64,000 nucleotides of DNA from an uncultured Candidatus Rokubacteria bacterium (GTDB lineage Bacteria > Methylomirabilota > Methylomirabilia > Rokubacteriales > CSP1-6): the NCBI GenBank assembly GCA_963747235.1, contig CAVVEU010000014.1:160001-224000 (forward strand). Reading direction: 5' to 3'. The notes under the pieces were generated by a model. The model made no database searches. It was not told the DNA's origin and saw only the letters and a program-made list of their open reading frames with translations. A program made the position numbers and the translations under genes. Shown piece by piece: positions 47,589 to 57,672 of the stretch; the first letter of the stretch is position 1; every line of letters starts with the position of its first letter.

Positions 47589-49223
47589 CTACTCCGTGCG
47601 ACCACCCAGACTCGCCACCGCCAGCACCAGCTCCGCCGGGCTGACCGGCTTGCCCATGTGCAGATTGAAGCCGGCCGCCAGAGCCCGGATCCGATCCTCC
47701 GATCGCCCGTACGCGGTCAGGGCCAGCGCCGGAAGACGGCGGCCTTGGAGCGTCATCACTCCGCGGGCCCGCCGCAGCAGGCTCATCCCGTCCTCGCCCG
47801 GCATCTCGAGGTCCGTCACCAGCACGTCGGCGGGCCAGCCCTCGAGCACGGCCATCGCGGCCGCCGGGGACGGCGCGGCTCGCACCTCGGCCCCCGCATT
47901 GACGAGGACGAGCGCCGCCAGCTCCAGGCCGTCGGCATCGTCATCCACGACCAGGATCCGGAGGTCCCGGAGCGAGATCGGCTTGACTCGATCGGGTGCC
48001 GGGCGCACTCCGTGCTCTTGCTCGCCGCCGGCGCGCGGGACGGCAGGCACCGCGGCCACCGGGAGGATGACCGTGAATGTGGCCCCGAGCCCAGGGCCCG
48101 CGCTGGTGGCACTCACCGTGCCCCCGTGCAGCTCGACGAGATGCCGGACGAGTGCCAGCCCGATGCCGAGTCCGGCATGCCGGCGCGTCGAGCTGCTGTC
48201 GGCCTGGCCGAATCGCTGGAAGATGCGCGACATGTGCTCGGGCGCGATGCCCTCACCGGTGTCGCTGACCACGATCTCGATGTGGGCGTCGGCCCGCCGC
48301 CGCAGGCGCACGTCGACCCGGCCGCCCATCGGCGTGAACTTCACCGCGTTGATGAGCAGATTCCAGACCACCTGCTGGAGACGGGCGGGATCTCCCATCA
48401 TCGCGCCCGCGCCGGGATCGAGATCCGACTCGAGATGAACCCCCTTGGCGGCCGCGGTCGGTCGGACCGTGTCGAGGGCGGCCTCCAGCACCGCCACGAC
48501 GTTCAGTGGCCGTGCGTCCAGGCGCATGTTGCCCGTGATCACGCGCGAGACATCGAACAGGTCCTCGATGAGCTGCACCTGCGCCTCCGCGTTGCGGAGG
48601 ATCGCCTCGGTCGCGCGGCGAGTCACCGTCGCGTCGAGACGGCCCGACTCGAGCATGCGAGCCCAGCCGTAGATGGCGTTGAGAGGGGTCCGGAGCTCGT
48701 GTGACAGCGTGGCGAGGAACTGATCCTTGCTGCGATTCAAGGCCTCGGCCTCGGCGCGGGCCTCTTGCTCGCGCTCGAGAAACGCCTGGCGCTCCCGCTC
48801 CAGGCTTCGCCGGTCCGAGATGTCGCGCGCCACCTTCGAGGCCCCGACGATGCGGCCGGTCGAGTTCCGCACCGGCGACACCGTGAGGGAGATCTCGACG
48901 CGCCGGCCGTCCTTGGCCTGCCGTATCGTCTCGAAGTGATCGATCCGCTCTCCCTTGACGAGGCGGGCCAGGACCTCGGTCTCCTCCCCGTGCCGCTCCT
49001 CCGGGATGATCAATGAGATGTGCCGGCCCACCGCCTCGGCCGCGCTATAGCCGAAGATGCGTTCGGCCCCTCGGTTCCAGGATGTGATGATCCCTCGGAG
49101 CGTCTTGCTCACGATGGCATCGTCCGAGGAATCGATGATCGCGGCCAGACGGTCCGCGCCCTCGGCCGCGTCGGGGACCGGATCGGGCTCCCGAGGGTGA
49201 GCCTTCCCTGACGGTCCTGCCAT
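47589..49223 (-). CDS. Cytoplasmic hybrid histidine kinase (PAS-HisKA-HATPase-REC)
   Basis: [43 protein letters not shown]...TDLEMP...KP. Confidence 0.95.
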   Translation of the reverse strand: MAGPSGKAHPREPDPVPDAAEGADRLAAIIDSSDDAIVSKTLRGIITSWNRGAERIFGYSAAEAVGRHISLIIPEERHGEETEVLARLVKGERIDHFETIRQAKDGRRVEISLTVSPVRNSTGRIVGASKVARDISDRRSLERERQAFLEREQEARAEAEALNRSKDQFLATLSHELRTPLNAIYGWARMLESGRLDATVTRRATEAILRNAEAQVQLIEDLFDVSRVITGNMRLDARPLNVVAVLEAALDTVRPTAAAKGVHLESDLDPGAGAMMGDPARLQQVVWNLLINAVKFTPMGGRVDVRLRRRADAHIEIVVSDTGEGIAPEHMSRIFQRFGQADSSSTRRHAGLGIGLALVRHLVELHGGTVSATSAGPGLGATFTVILPVAAVPAVPRAGGEQEHGVRPAPDRVKPISLRDLRILVVDDDADGLELAALVLVNAGAEVRAAPSPAAAMAVLEGWPADVLVTDLEMPGEDGMSLLRRARGVMTLQGRRLPALALTAYGRSEDRIRALAAGFNLHMGKPVSPAELVLAVASLGGRTE

Positions 49224-49420
49224 CGGCCAAGTCCCCCTGCGCGCATGCGCGGTATTTCTTTCCCGGCGTTTTTACCGGCCTTCCCGGTCCCTTCGTCGTG
49301 CGCCCCAGCATTTCGCGCACCTCCATGGTTCGACCGGGCTGGAGAAGCTCCCCGGCATATCTCCTGCCAGGCTCACGACTAGCTGCCGGGCACCCGGCGC
49401 GACCATAGTACGATCGGGCC

Positions 49421-50173
49421 ATGCGCCGGCCGCTCCTCTTGCTCGCTACCCTGCTGCTCCTGGGCGGCCTCGCGCCCGCGTCCGCGCAGACCGCGACGCC
49501 CGCCGAGACCGCGCGCGCGATGCTGCGCCAGTACCAGGACGACCCCGCGCGCATCGATCGCGCCCGCGATCTGCTCGAGGCCCACGTGGCCCGGGGCGGC
49601 GCCGCGGACGTGCCCACGCTGCTGGCCCTGGCCCGCGCCTGGTTCCTCTTCGGCGAGGAGCGCGCGAAGACGGAGGCCGACAAGATCGCGGCCTACGCCC
49701 GCGCGCGCGACTACGCCAAGCGCGCCACCGAGCTGGCCCCGAACAACGCGGACGCCCATCTCTGGCACGCCATCACGCTCGGCACCTGGTCGCAGGCCAA
49801 GGGCCTGCTCAGCTCGGCCCTGGCGCTCCGCGATCTGCGCAAGGAGGTGGACATCGTGCTGCGCCTCGACCCCAACAACATCGAGGCGCACATCATGGCG
49901 GGCAGCATCGCCCGCGAGCTGCCGGTGCTGCTGGGTGGCGACGTCAAGGAAGCGGAGGAGCACTTCAAGACCGCGCAGCGGCTCGACCCCAGGCTGACCG
50001 GCGTGCGCATCGAGCTGGCGCAGCTCTACATCAACATGGGCCGCTACGCGGACGCGCGGCAGCAGCTGCAGTCCGTCCTGGCCGAGCGCGCGCCCACCGA
50101 CCGGCCGCGCTGGACGCTCAAGGAAGTGCCGCGCGCCCGGCAGATGCTCGAATCGATCCGCGACAAGAAGTGA
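49421..50173 (+). CDS. Exported TPR protein
   Basis: Signal peptide (ASA-Q) followed by TPR-like helices. Confidence 0.8.
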   Translation: MRRPLLLLATLLLLGGLAPASAQTATPAETARAMLRQYQDDPARIDRARDLLEAHVARGGAADVPTLLALARAWFLFGEERAKTEADKIAAYARARDYAKRATELAPNNADAHLWHAITLGTWSQAKGLLSSALALRDLRKEVDIVLRLDPNNIEAHIMAGSIARELPVLLGGDVKEAEEHFKTAQRLDPRLTGVRIELAQLYINMGRYADARQQLQSVLAERAPTDRPRWTLKEVPRARQMLESIRDKK

Positions 50174-50206
50174 CCCCAGACCCGGAGAGACGGAGAGGAC
50201 CACAAG

Positions 50207-51275
50207 ATGCGCATGAGCGTGTGCGTGATGGCCGACATCGACGAGATCGGCTTCTACCCCCACATCGAGTCCCTGGGCTACGACTCGGCCTGGGTCGCCG
50301 ACAGCCAGATGCTGTACTCCGACTGCTACGCGGTGCTGGCCCTGGCCGCGCGCCAGACCTCGCGGCTGCGCCTGGGCCCCGGCGTGGCCATCTGCGGCAC
50401 GCGCATCCCGCCGGTGCACGTGGCGGCCATGGCCACGCTCAACCGGCTGGCGCCGGGCCGCGTGCACCTCGGCATCGGCACCGGCAACACCGCGATGCGC
50501 AGCATGGGCCAGCCGCCGATGCGCATCGCGGACTACGGCGAGTACCTGCGCGTGCTGCGCGGCCTGCTCCGGGGCGACGTGGTGGACTACGTCTACGAGG
50601 GCACGCGGCACCCGATCAAGATGCTGATCCGCGAGAAGAAGTACATGAGCCTCGAGCCGCGCATCCCGCTCTACGTCTCCGCGCTTCGGGCCGCGCGCCA
50701 TGGAGCTGGCCGGCCAGTACGGCGACGGCCTCGTCTTCGCGATCCCGCCGCGCGGCCTGGCGCCCGCCGAGGCCCTCGCGCTGGCGCAGGTCGGCGCGGA
50801 GCGCGACGGGCGCACGCTCGGGGAGGACTTCCACATGTGCGCGCTCACCAGCATCGTCCTGCTCGAGCCGGGCGAGACGGCCGACTCCGAGCGCGTCATC
50901 CGCGCGGTGGGGCCGAACGTCATGGCCAGCGTCTACTACTTCTACGATGCGGTGCACGAGCGGGGCATCGAGCCGCCGCCCTTCCTGCGGCGCATCTGGA
51001 AGCGCTACTGCGCGCTGGTCGAGGAGACGCCGGCCGAGCACCGGCACTTCCGCACCCACGAGGGCCACTACACCTACATCCACCCGGGCGAGGCCGAGCT
51101 GATCGACGCCGACCTGGTGCGCGACACCTGCCTGGTGGGCAGCGCGGAGGAGCTGATCGAGCGCATCCAGGAGCTGGAGCGCGGCGGGCTGCGGGAGCTG
51201 ATGTGGGCCACCGGCACCGACGAGAAGTGGCGCTTCAGCCAGCAGCTCGCGGACCGGGTGATGGCCCGCCTCTAA
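50207..51275 (+). CDS. LLM-class oxidoreductase (Mer-like); frameshift near 50685
   Basis: LGYDSAWVADSQ, LAPGRVHLGIGTG, LAGQYGDG. Confidence 0.88.
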
Positions 51276-51284
51276 CCCGCCGAG

Positions 51285-52158
51285 CTAGCGGAGCTCGATC
51301 CCGAAGTAGCGCTTGAAGCGGGCGTTGTACTCCTCGTCGCTCAGCTCCCCGCCCATCGCGACCCACTCCTCGTCGCTGATCCGGGCGCGTCCGGCGGCCA
51401 GGCCCTCCGCGTCCCCGCCGACCAGGTAGCGCAGCCGCGGCCGGTCGGTGGTGATGGCGTCGAGGATCGTCGCCGCGACGGTCTCCGACTTGCCCGGGTT
51501 GCGGAAGCCGGCCGCGAAGAGCTTGCCGTTGCGGCGCATGATCTGCCGGTACGGCGAGGTCTTGTCGTAGCGGGTGGCGGGCGCCGAGTTCTCGAAGATC
51601 GCGGTCTGGATCACGCCGGGCTCGATGATGGCCACGCGGACCCCGAAGGCGGCCACCTCGTGGGCCAGCGCCTCGCTCGCGGCGGCCAGCGCGTGCTTGG
51701 ACGCGGAGTACGCGATCTGGTTCGGGGTGGCCACGCGCCCCGCGATCGACGTGACGTTGACGATGCACCCGGCCCGCCGCTCGCGCATGGACGGCAGCAC
51801 CGCCTGGATCATCCGGATCGGGCCCCAGTAGTTGGCCTCGAACATCGCGCGGTGCTCGGCCTCGGGCGTGAGCTCGAGCGGCGTCGCCCCGCCGATGCCC
51901 GCGTTGTTCACGAGCACGTCGATCGCGCCCTCGCCGTCCCGCGTCGCGGCCACCGCGCGGTCGATCGAGTCCTGGCCGCGTGACGTCGAGCTCGCGCACC
52001 GTGAGCGGCAAACGCTCCTGGCGCGCCGCCTCCTCGAGCGGGCCGGCCTTCGCCAGGTTGCGCATGGTCGCCACCACGCGATGGCGGTTTCGCGCGAGGT
52101 GCAGCGCGGTGGCGAACCCGATGCCGGTGCTGGTGCCGGTGACGAGGGTGACGGGCAT
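51285..52158 (-). CDS. SDR oxidoreductase; frameshift near 51975
   Basis: VTGTSTGIG, NNAG, YSASK, IIEPG. Confidence 0.9.
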
Positions 52159-52166
52159 GCCGCCGC

Positions 52167-52560
52167 CTAGCGAGCCGGCCCCAGCGCGGCCCGCACCGCA
52201 TCGACCACGCGCTCGAGGTCGTAGGGCTTGCCGATGATCTCGATCGCGTCGGTCTCGCCGACCAGCTTGTCCAGGGCGGGCTTGTTGGTCGTGGTCAGGA
52301 TGAAGCGGCACGCCCTGGGCCGGCTGCGAGCTGCGCACCAGCTTCAGGAAGTTCCAGTTCGTCTCGTAGGGCAATGAAATATCGTAGACGATCACGGCCG
52401 GCCGATGGTGCTCGATGAAGGCGACGAAGTCGAGCTCGCCCTTCTTGAGCTCGCCGATGTGCCCCGGCACGGTGTGCAGTCCGTCTGCCTCCAGGGCGGT
52501 GCGGAGCATCTCGACCGTGTCGTCGCTGGAGTTGAACACCACGATGATCGGCTTGTCCAT
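52167..52560 (-). CDS. Stand-alone, atypical response regulator receiver protein; frameshift near 52308
   Basis: IIVVFNSSDD, PAVIVYDISLP, ILTT, IGKPYD. Confidence 0.75.
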
Positions 52561-52685
52561 GTGGCTCCCGGAGCAGGATGCGCCAGAGGCGGCGTGGCGT
52601 CAAGCGCCGAAGCCGTATAGACTCGGCGCGCACTCGTGTCCCCAACCGACCCGTGGCCCCTCCGAGGGCTCAGGAGAGAACGACC

Positions 52686-53644
52686 ATGCGACACACCGTC
52701 GTGGGACTGGTCCTCGCCGCCGTATCCGCCCTGACGTGCGCCCCCGCTCTGGCGCAGAGCTGGACCGTGCCGCCCGAAAGCCAGCGCTGCCCCTCGAAGT
52801 GGGGCGCGGGCGACGAGCGCGGCTCCGGCAACCACATGAAGCCGGCGAGCGTGCTGCGCGCCACCCAGCTCATCAAGACCGGCGAGGTCATCGAGATCGC
52901 GCACGTGCTGAACGACAAGATGCCGTTCTTCGGCACGCGCCGCTTCGACGTCCACACCAAGCGGACGTTCATGAACGACTTCTCGAACCGCCGCGGCAGC
53001 AACGAGGAGATCGTCATCTCCGAGATCGGCCAGGTCGGCACCCAGTTCGACGGCTTCGCCCACCAGACCCACGAGGACAGCCACTACAACTGCTTCAAGA
53101 CCGGCGCCATCTCGACGCGCGGCGGCTTCACCAAGCTCGGCATCGAGAAGGTCGGCACGCTGATGACCCGCGGGGTGCTGATCGACGTGGCGGGGCTCAA
53201 GGGCGTGGACATGCTGCCCGACACCTACGAGATCACGGTCAAGGACCTGCAGGACGCGCTCGCCAAGCAGCGGCATCACGCTCGCAGCCGGGCGACGCGG
53301 TCCTCATCAATACCGGCTGGGACAAGCTGTGGGGCAAGGACAACGCGCGCTACGTGAAGAGCTGCCCGGGCATCGGCGTCGCGGCGGCGGAGTGGCTCGC
53401 CAAGCAGGATCCGATGCTGATCGGGTCGGACAACTGGCCGGTCGAGGTGGCGCCGAATCCGGATCCGCAGCTCTCGCTGCCCGTCCACCAGCTCGCGCTG
53501 GTGGTGAACGGCCTCCACCTGCTCGAGAACCTGAAGCTCGACGAGCTGGCCGCCAAGCAGGTCTACGAGTTCGCCTTCGTCATGCAGCCGCTGAAGGCGC
53601 AGGGCTTCACCGGCTCGACGGTGGCGCCGGTCGCGATCCGCTAG
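52686..53644 (+). CDS. Exported cyclase/kynurenine formamidase-like protein; frameshift near 53280
   Basis: Signal peptide, SKWGAGDERG, GTQFDGFAH, TRGVLIDV, INTGW, LENL. Confidence 0.85.
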
Positions 53645-53653
53645 GCGCGCGGG

Positions 53654-53691
53654 CCTTCCCCGCCCTCTCCCCCGAGCGGGAGAGGGCGGGG
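53654..53691. repeat. CCCTCTCCCC hairpin repeat, diverged copy
   Basis: ccccgccctctccc-ccgagc-gggagagggcgggg. Confidence 0.7.
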
Positions 53692-53751
53692 CCGGGCTGT
53701 CACCAACGGGAGACATTGACCGTCCTCGGGCCCGGGACTATCGTCGATGCC

Positions 53752-54342
53752 ATGACGGACACGCTCCCGACCAAGCGCTGGACCCGCCTCGAATACGATC
53801 GGCTCATCGAGCAGGGCGCCTTCGGGCCGGAGGACCGCATCGAGCTGCTCGGCGGCGCGCTCGTGGTGCGGGAGCCGCAGGGCAGCCCCCACGCCATGGG
53901 CATTCGCATGGCGGAAGAAGCGCTGCGTCGGGCGTTCGCGACAGGGTGGGACGTGCGCGTCCAGCTTCCCGTGGCGCTCGACGAGGAATCGGAACCCGAG
54001 CCCGACGTCAGCGTCGTCCCGGGCAGCTTCCGTGACTACCCGCGCGATCATCCCGGCCGGGCGGTCCTGATCGTGGAGATCGCCGACTCGAGCCTCGCGC
54101 TCGATCGCGGCCTGAAGGGCAGTCTCTACGCGCGGGCTCGCGTGGCCGACTACTGGATCGTCAATCTCGTGGACCGCGTGCTCGAGGTGTACCGCGATCC
54201 GGTGCCCGATGCCTCCGCGCGGTACGGATGGCGCTACGCCGCGATCACGACGCTCCGGCCGGGCGATACCGTCGTGCCTCTCGCCGCGCCCGACTCACGG
54301 ATCCTCGTCGCCGACCTGATTCCCTGGACCCCGCGGCGCTAA
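53752..54342 (+). CDS. Uma2 (DUF820) family putative endonuclease
   Basis: RIELLGG, SEPEPDV, LIVEIADSSL..DR..K..LYA, YWIVNL. Confidence 0.92.
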   Translation: MTDTLPTKRWTRLEYDRLIEQGAFGPEDRIELLGGALVVREPQGSPHAMGIRMAEEALRRAFATGWDVRVQLPVALDEESEPEPDVSVVPGSFRDYPRDHPGRAVLIVEIADSSLALDRGLKGSLYARARVADYWIVNLVDRVLEVYRDPVPDASARYGWRYAAITTLRPGDTVVPLAAPDSRILVADLIPWTPRR

Positions 54343-55166
54343 CGGAAGCGCTCGGCGGTGGTGCCGCGGTAGAGCAGCTCGCCCTGCCGGGCCATGATGG
54401 CGGCGTGCCGCGCCCGGGCCGCGGGATCGAGGTCGGCCGCGGGCGGCTCCTCGTGATCGAAGTGGTGGTAGTCGTCCACGCCGCGCACGAGGGTGGCGGT
54501 GTCCCGCGGCCCCGCGACCTGCCGGACGTGCGTCGGGATGTAGCGGATGGCGTAGCCGATGCGGCGATCCGCGGAGCGATTGGGCGGCGAGCCGTGGAAC
54601 ATGCGCACGTGATGCAGCGACATCTCGCCGGGGTGCAGCACCACGTCGACCGCCCGCGCCTCGTCCACCTCCACCATGACCTCCTGCCCCCGCGAGAGCA
54701 GGTTGTCCGGCGCGAAGGTGTCGCGGTGCGCGACCTGCTCGGTGTGCGTGCCCGGCACCATGCGCATGGCGCCGCTCTCGATGGAGCTCTCCGAGAAGGC
54801 CACCCACGCGGTCAGCACGTCCGGCTCGCTGAGCCCCCAGTAGGTCGAGTCCTGGTGCCAGGACACGAAGGCCGGATCGCGCGCCTCCTTGATGAAGAAG
54901 CTCGAGCTCCAGCAGAGGAGGTTCGGCCCGAGGAGATCCTCGACCGCGTCCACGATACGCGGGTGCCGGATCAGCTCGTCGAGCCAGGTGAAGAGGAGAT
55001 GGCCCTTGTGGCGGAGCTCACCGCCGAGCGGGCCGCCCCGCTCGCGCTCGATCGCCTCGAGCCGCGCGCGATAGCCGGCCGCCTCCTCGGGCGAGAGCAC
55101 GCGGTGGGGGAAGTAGAACCCGTCCGAACGGTACCGCGCCACGGCTTCGGGAGAGAGGGTGGTCAT
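54339..55166 (-). CDS. PhyH-family 2-oxoglutarate/Fe(II) dioxygenase
   Basis: WHQDSTYW, TAWVAF, GAMRMVPGTH, FHGSPPN, RRIG. Confidence 0.92.
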   Translation of the reverse strand: MTTLSPEAVARYRSDGFYFPHRVLSPEEAAGYRARLEAIERERGGPLGGELRHKGHLLFTWLDELIRHPRIVDAVEDLLGPNLLCWSSSFFIKEARDPAFVSWHQDSTYWGLSEPDVLTAWVAFSESSIESGAMRMVPGTHTEQVAHRDTFAPDNLLSRGQEVMVEVDEARAVDVVLHPGEMSLHHVRMFHGSPPNRSADRRIGYAIRYIPTHVRQVAGPRDTATLVRGVDDYHHFDHEEPPAADLDPAARARHAAIMARQGELLYRGTTAERFR

Positions 55167-55212
55167 GGCGCCACGTCTACCCGCCGGATCGCGAGCTGTC
55201 AAGCCCACTCTT

Positions 55213-55334
55213 CCCCTCTCCCTCCCTTGGGAGGGAGAGGGTAGGGTGAGGGTGGGAATGTAGGGTGAGAATGGGAACGGAGCGCACGAGGAACCGGCCC
55301 CTCACCCTGCCCTCTCCCCGAAGGGGAGAGGGGG
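55213..55334. repeat. Two copies of the CCCTCTCCC hairpin repeat
   Basis: Units at 55213-55252 and 55298-55334. Confidence 0.85.
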
Positions 55335-57647
55335 ATGAGCGTTGCGCGTGGCGCGCACCATGGCGTGGATGTCGGCCCGCGTCACCGGCACGCGCTCGAT
55401 GCGGGCGCAGCCGAAGGGCGCCAGCGCGTCCTCGATGGCCTGGGCGATGAGGGGATGCACCGGCATGATGCCGCCCTCGCCCGCGCCCTTGGCGCCGAGC
55501 GGGTTGAGCGGGGTCGGCGTCTCGAGATGGCGCAGCTCGAAGCTGGGCGGCGCGTCGGCCGCGGTGGCGAGCGTGTAGTCCATGAGGGTCGCGGTGAGGC
55601 GCTGACCGGTTTCATCATAGGCGAGCTGGACATTGAGCGCGTCCGGCAGGCCCTGCACCACCGCGCCGTGGATCTGGCCGTCCACGATGCCCGGCTCGAG
55701 CACGTGGCCGCAGTCGTGCGCCACGATCCAGCGCAGGATCTGGACCGCGCCGGTCTCCGGATCCACCTCCAGCACCACCGCGTGGGTGCCGTTGGCGTAG
55801 CTCGACTGCGACACGCTGAAGACCTGGGTGTCCTCGAGGCCGGCGGCTTCACCGGGCACGCGGCCGGCGTGCGCGGCCGCCGCGACCTCGCGCCAGCCCA
55901 GCGCGCGGCTCGGCAGCCCGCGCACCGCGAACGCGCCGTGCTCGACCACGACGTCCGCCGGCGCCGCCTCCAGCAGGTGCGCGGCCACGCGCCGCGCCTT
56001 CTCCAGCACCGCGCGCGAGGCCAGCAGCGCGGCGCTGCCGCCGATCGCGGCGGTGCGGCTGCCGTAGGTGCCGCCGCCGGTGTGCACGAGCGCGGTGTCG
56101 CCGGTCAGCACCTCGATCGCGTCGGGATCCACGCCGAGCTGCCGGCCGACCAGGCGCGAGAACATCGTGACGTGCCCCTGCCCCTGCGGCGCGGCGCCGC
56201 TGACCACGGTGACGGCGCCGTCCGGATGCACGCGCACCACCGCGCTCTCGTTCGGCACGGTGGCGGTGGCCTCCACGTAGTTGACGACGCCGATGCCGAG
56301 ATAGCGCCCCTGCGCGCGCAGGCGCGCCTGCTCCTTGCGGGCCGCGGGCATGTCGAGCGCCTCCAGCGCCAGGTCCATGCAGCGCGGGTAGTCGCCGCTG
56401 TCGTAGTCCACCGGGCCGCGTCCCGCGGTGTTGAGGCCGGTCGCGTACGGGTGCCGGTCGGCGGGGATGAGGTTGCGCCGGCGCAGCTCCACCGGGTCCA
56501 TGCGCAGCTCGCGCGCCAGCGCGTCCATCGCGCGCTCGATCAGCGCGGTCCCGTACGGGCGCCCGGCGCCGCGATAGGCGCCCGCCGGCGTGGTGCACGT
56601 CATCACCCCGCGGAAGCGCAGGTCGAGCGTGGGGATCACGTAGGAGCCCACCGAGTGGATCATCGCGTTCTGCGGGAGGTTCAGGCCGGAGATGGTGTAG
56701 GCGCCCATCTCGTGGAGGAAATCGTCGCGCATCCCGAGCAGGCGGCCGTCCCGGGTGGCCGCGATGGTGACGTCGTGCACCTGGTCGCGCTCCACGCAGG
56801 CCACCAGCGTGTGCTCGCGCCGCGTCTCGATCCACTTCACCGGCCGGCCGAGCTGCCGGGCCAGCTCCGCCACCACGATGTACTCGGGGTAGTACATGCC
56901 CTTGGTGCCGAAGCCGCCGCCCACGTCGGGCGGCGCGATCACGCGCACGTGATCCTCGGGCAGGCCGAGCTGCTCCGCGATCACCCCCCGGTGCCGGTGG
57001 ACCATCTGCACCGCGCCCCACACCGTGAGCCGCGCGTCCTTCCACTGGGCGACCAGCGAGCGCGGCTCGAGCGGGTGCGCGCCGCCGCGGGCCAGGCGGA
57101 CGCGCGCGCGCACCGTGACCGGCGCGGTCCGCAGCACCTCGTCCACGTCGCCCACGCGCTGCCGCCACTCCGCCACCACGTTGCTGCCGACCTCCTCGAA
57201 GAGGATCGGCGCGCCGGGGGCCAGCGCGGCCTCCACGTCCACCACCGCGGGCAGCGGCTCGTACTCCACGCGGATGAGGTCGAGCGCGTCCCAGGCGCGA
57301 TAGACGTCCTCCGCGATCACCACCGCCACCGCCTCGCCCACGAAGCGCACGCGCTCGGCCGCCAGCGGCATGATCTTGCAGGGCACCGGCAGCGCCGGGT
57401 GCGGCGCGTAGATCGGGATCGGCGCGCCCGCCGGCCCCAGGTCCGCCGCCACGTACACGCCGACGACCCCGGGCAGCCGGCGCGCCGCCGCCACGTCGAT
57501 CGCGCGGATGCGCGCGTGCGCGTGCGGCGAGCGCAGCATCGCCGCGTGCAGGCACCCCGGCACGCGCAGATCGTCCACGAACTCCCCCGCCCCCGTGATC
57601 AGCCGCGGGTCCTCCCGCCTCCTCACCGCCCCAGCATGCTCAGCCAT
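55302..57647 (-). CDS. Xanthine dehydrogenase family molybdopterin-binding subunit (second CoxL-like)
   Basis: RREDPRLITG, RSPHAHA, VGGGFGTK, AYRGAGR, QGQGH, KGAGE. Confidence 0.9.
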   Translation of the reverse strand: MAEHAGAVRRREDPRLITGAGEFVDDLRVPGCLHAAMLRSPHAHARIRAIDVAAARRLPGVVGVYVAADLGPAGAPIPIYAPHPALPVPCKIMPLAAERVRFVGEAVAVVIAEDVYRAWDALDLIRVEYEPLPAVVDVEAALAPGAPILFEEVGSNVVAEWRQRVGDVDEVLRTAPVTVRARVRLARGGAHPLEPRSLVAQWKDARLTVWGAVQMVHRHRGVIAEQLGLPEDHVRVIAPPDVGGGFGTKGMYYPEYIVVAELARQLGRPVKWIETRREHTLVACVERDQVHDVTIAATRDGRLLGMRDDFLHEMGAYTISGLNLPQNAMIHSVGSYVIPTLDLRFRGVMTCTTPAGAYRGAGRPYGTALIERAMDALARELRMDPVELRRRNLIPADRHPYATGLNTAGRGPVDYDSGDYPRCMDLALEALDMPAARKEQARLRAQGRYLGIGVVNYVEATATVPNESAVVRVHPDGAVTVVSGAAPQGQGHVTMFSRLVGRQLGVDPDAIEVLTGDTALVHTGGGTYGSRTAAIGGSAALLASRAVLEKARRVAAHLLEAAPADVVVEHGAFAVRGLPSRALGWREVAAAAHAGRVPGEAAGLEDTQVFSVSQSSYANGTHAVVLEVDPETGAVQILRWIVAHDCGHVLEPGIVDGQIHGAVVQGLPDALNVQLAYDETGQRLTATLMDYTLATAADAPPSFELRHLETPTPLNPLGAKGAGEGGIMPVHPLIAQAIEDALAPFGCARIERVPVTRADIHAMVRATRNAHPPLPFGERAG

Positions 57648-57672
57648 ATCGCTCTCGATGCGGGTCAGCCGT

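Noticed and set aside
49224-49354. Riboswitch in the kinase leader
   Set aside because: Some hairpins are possible, but no recognisable aptamer consensus; an Rfam scan would be needed.
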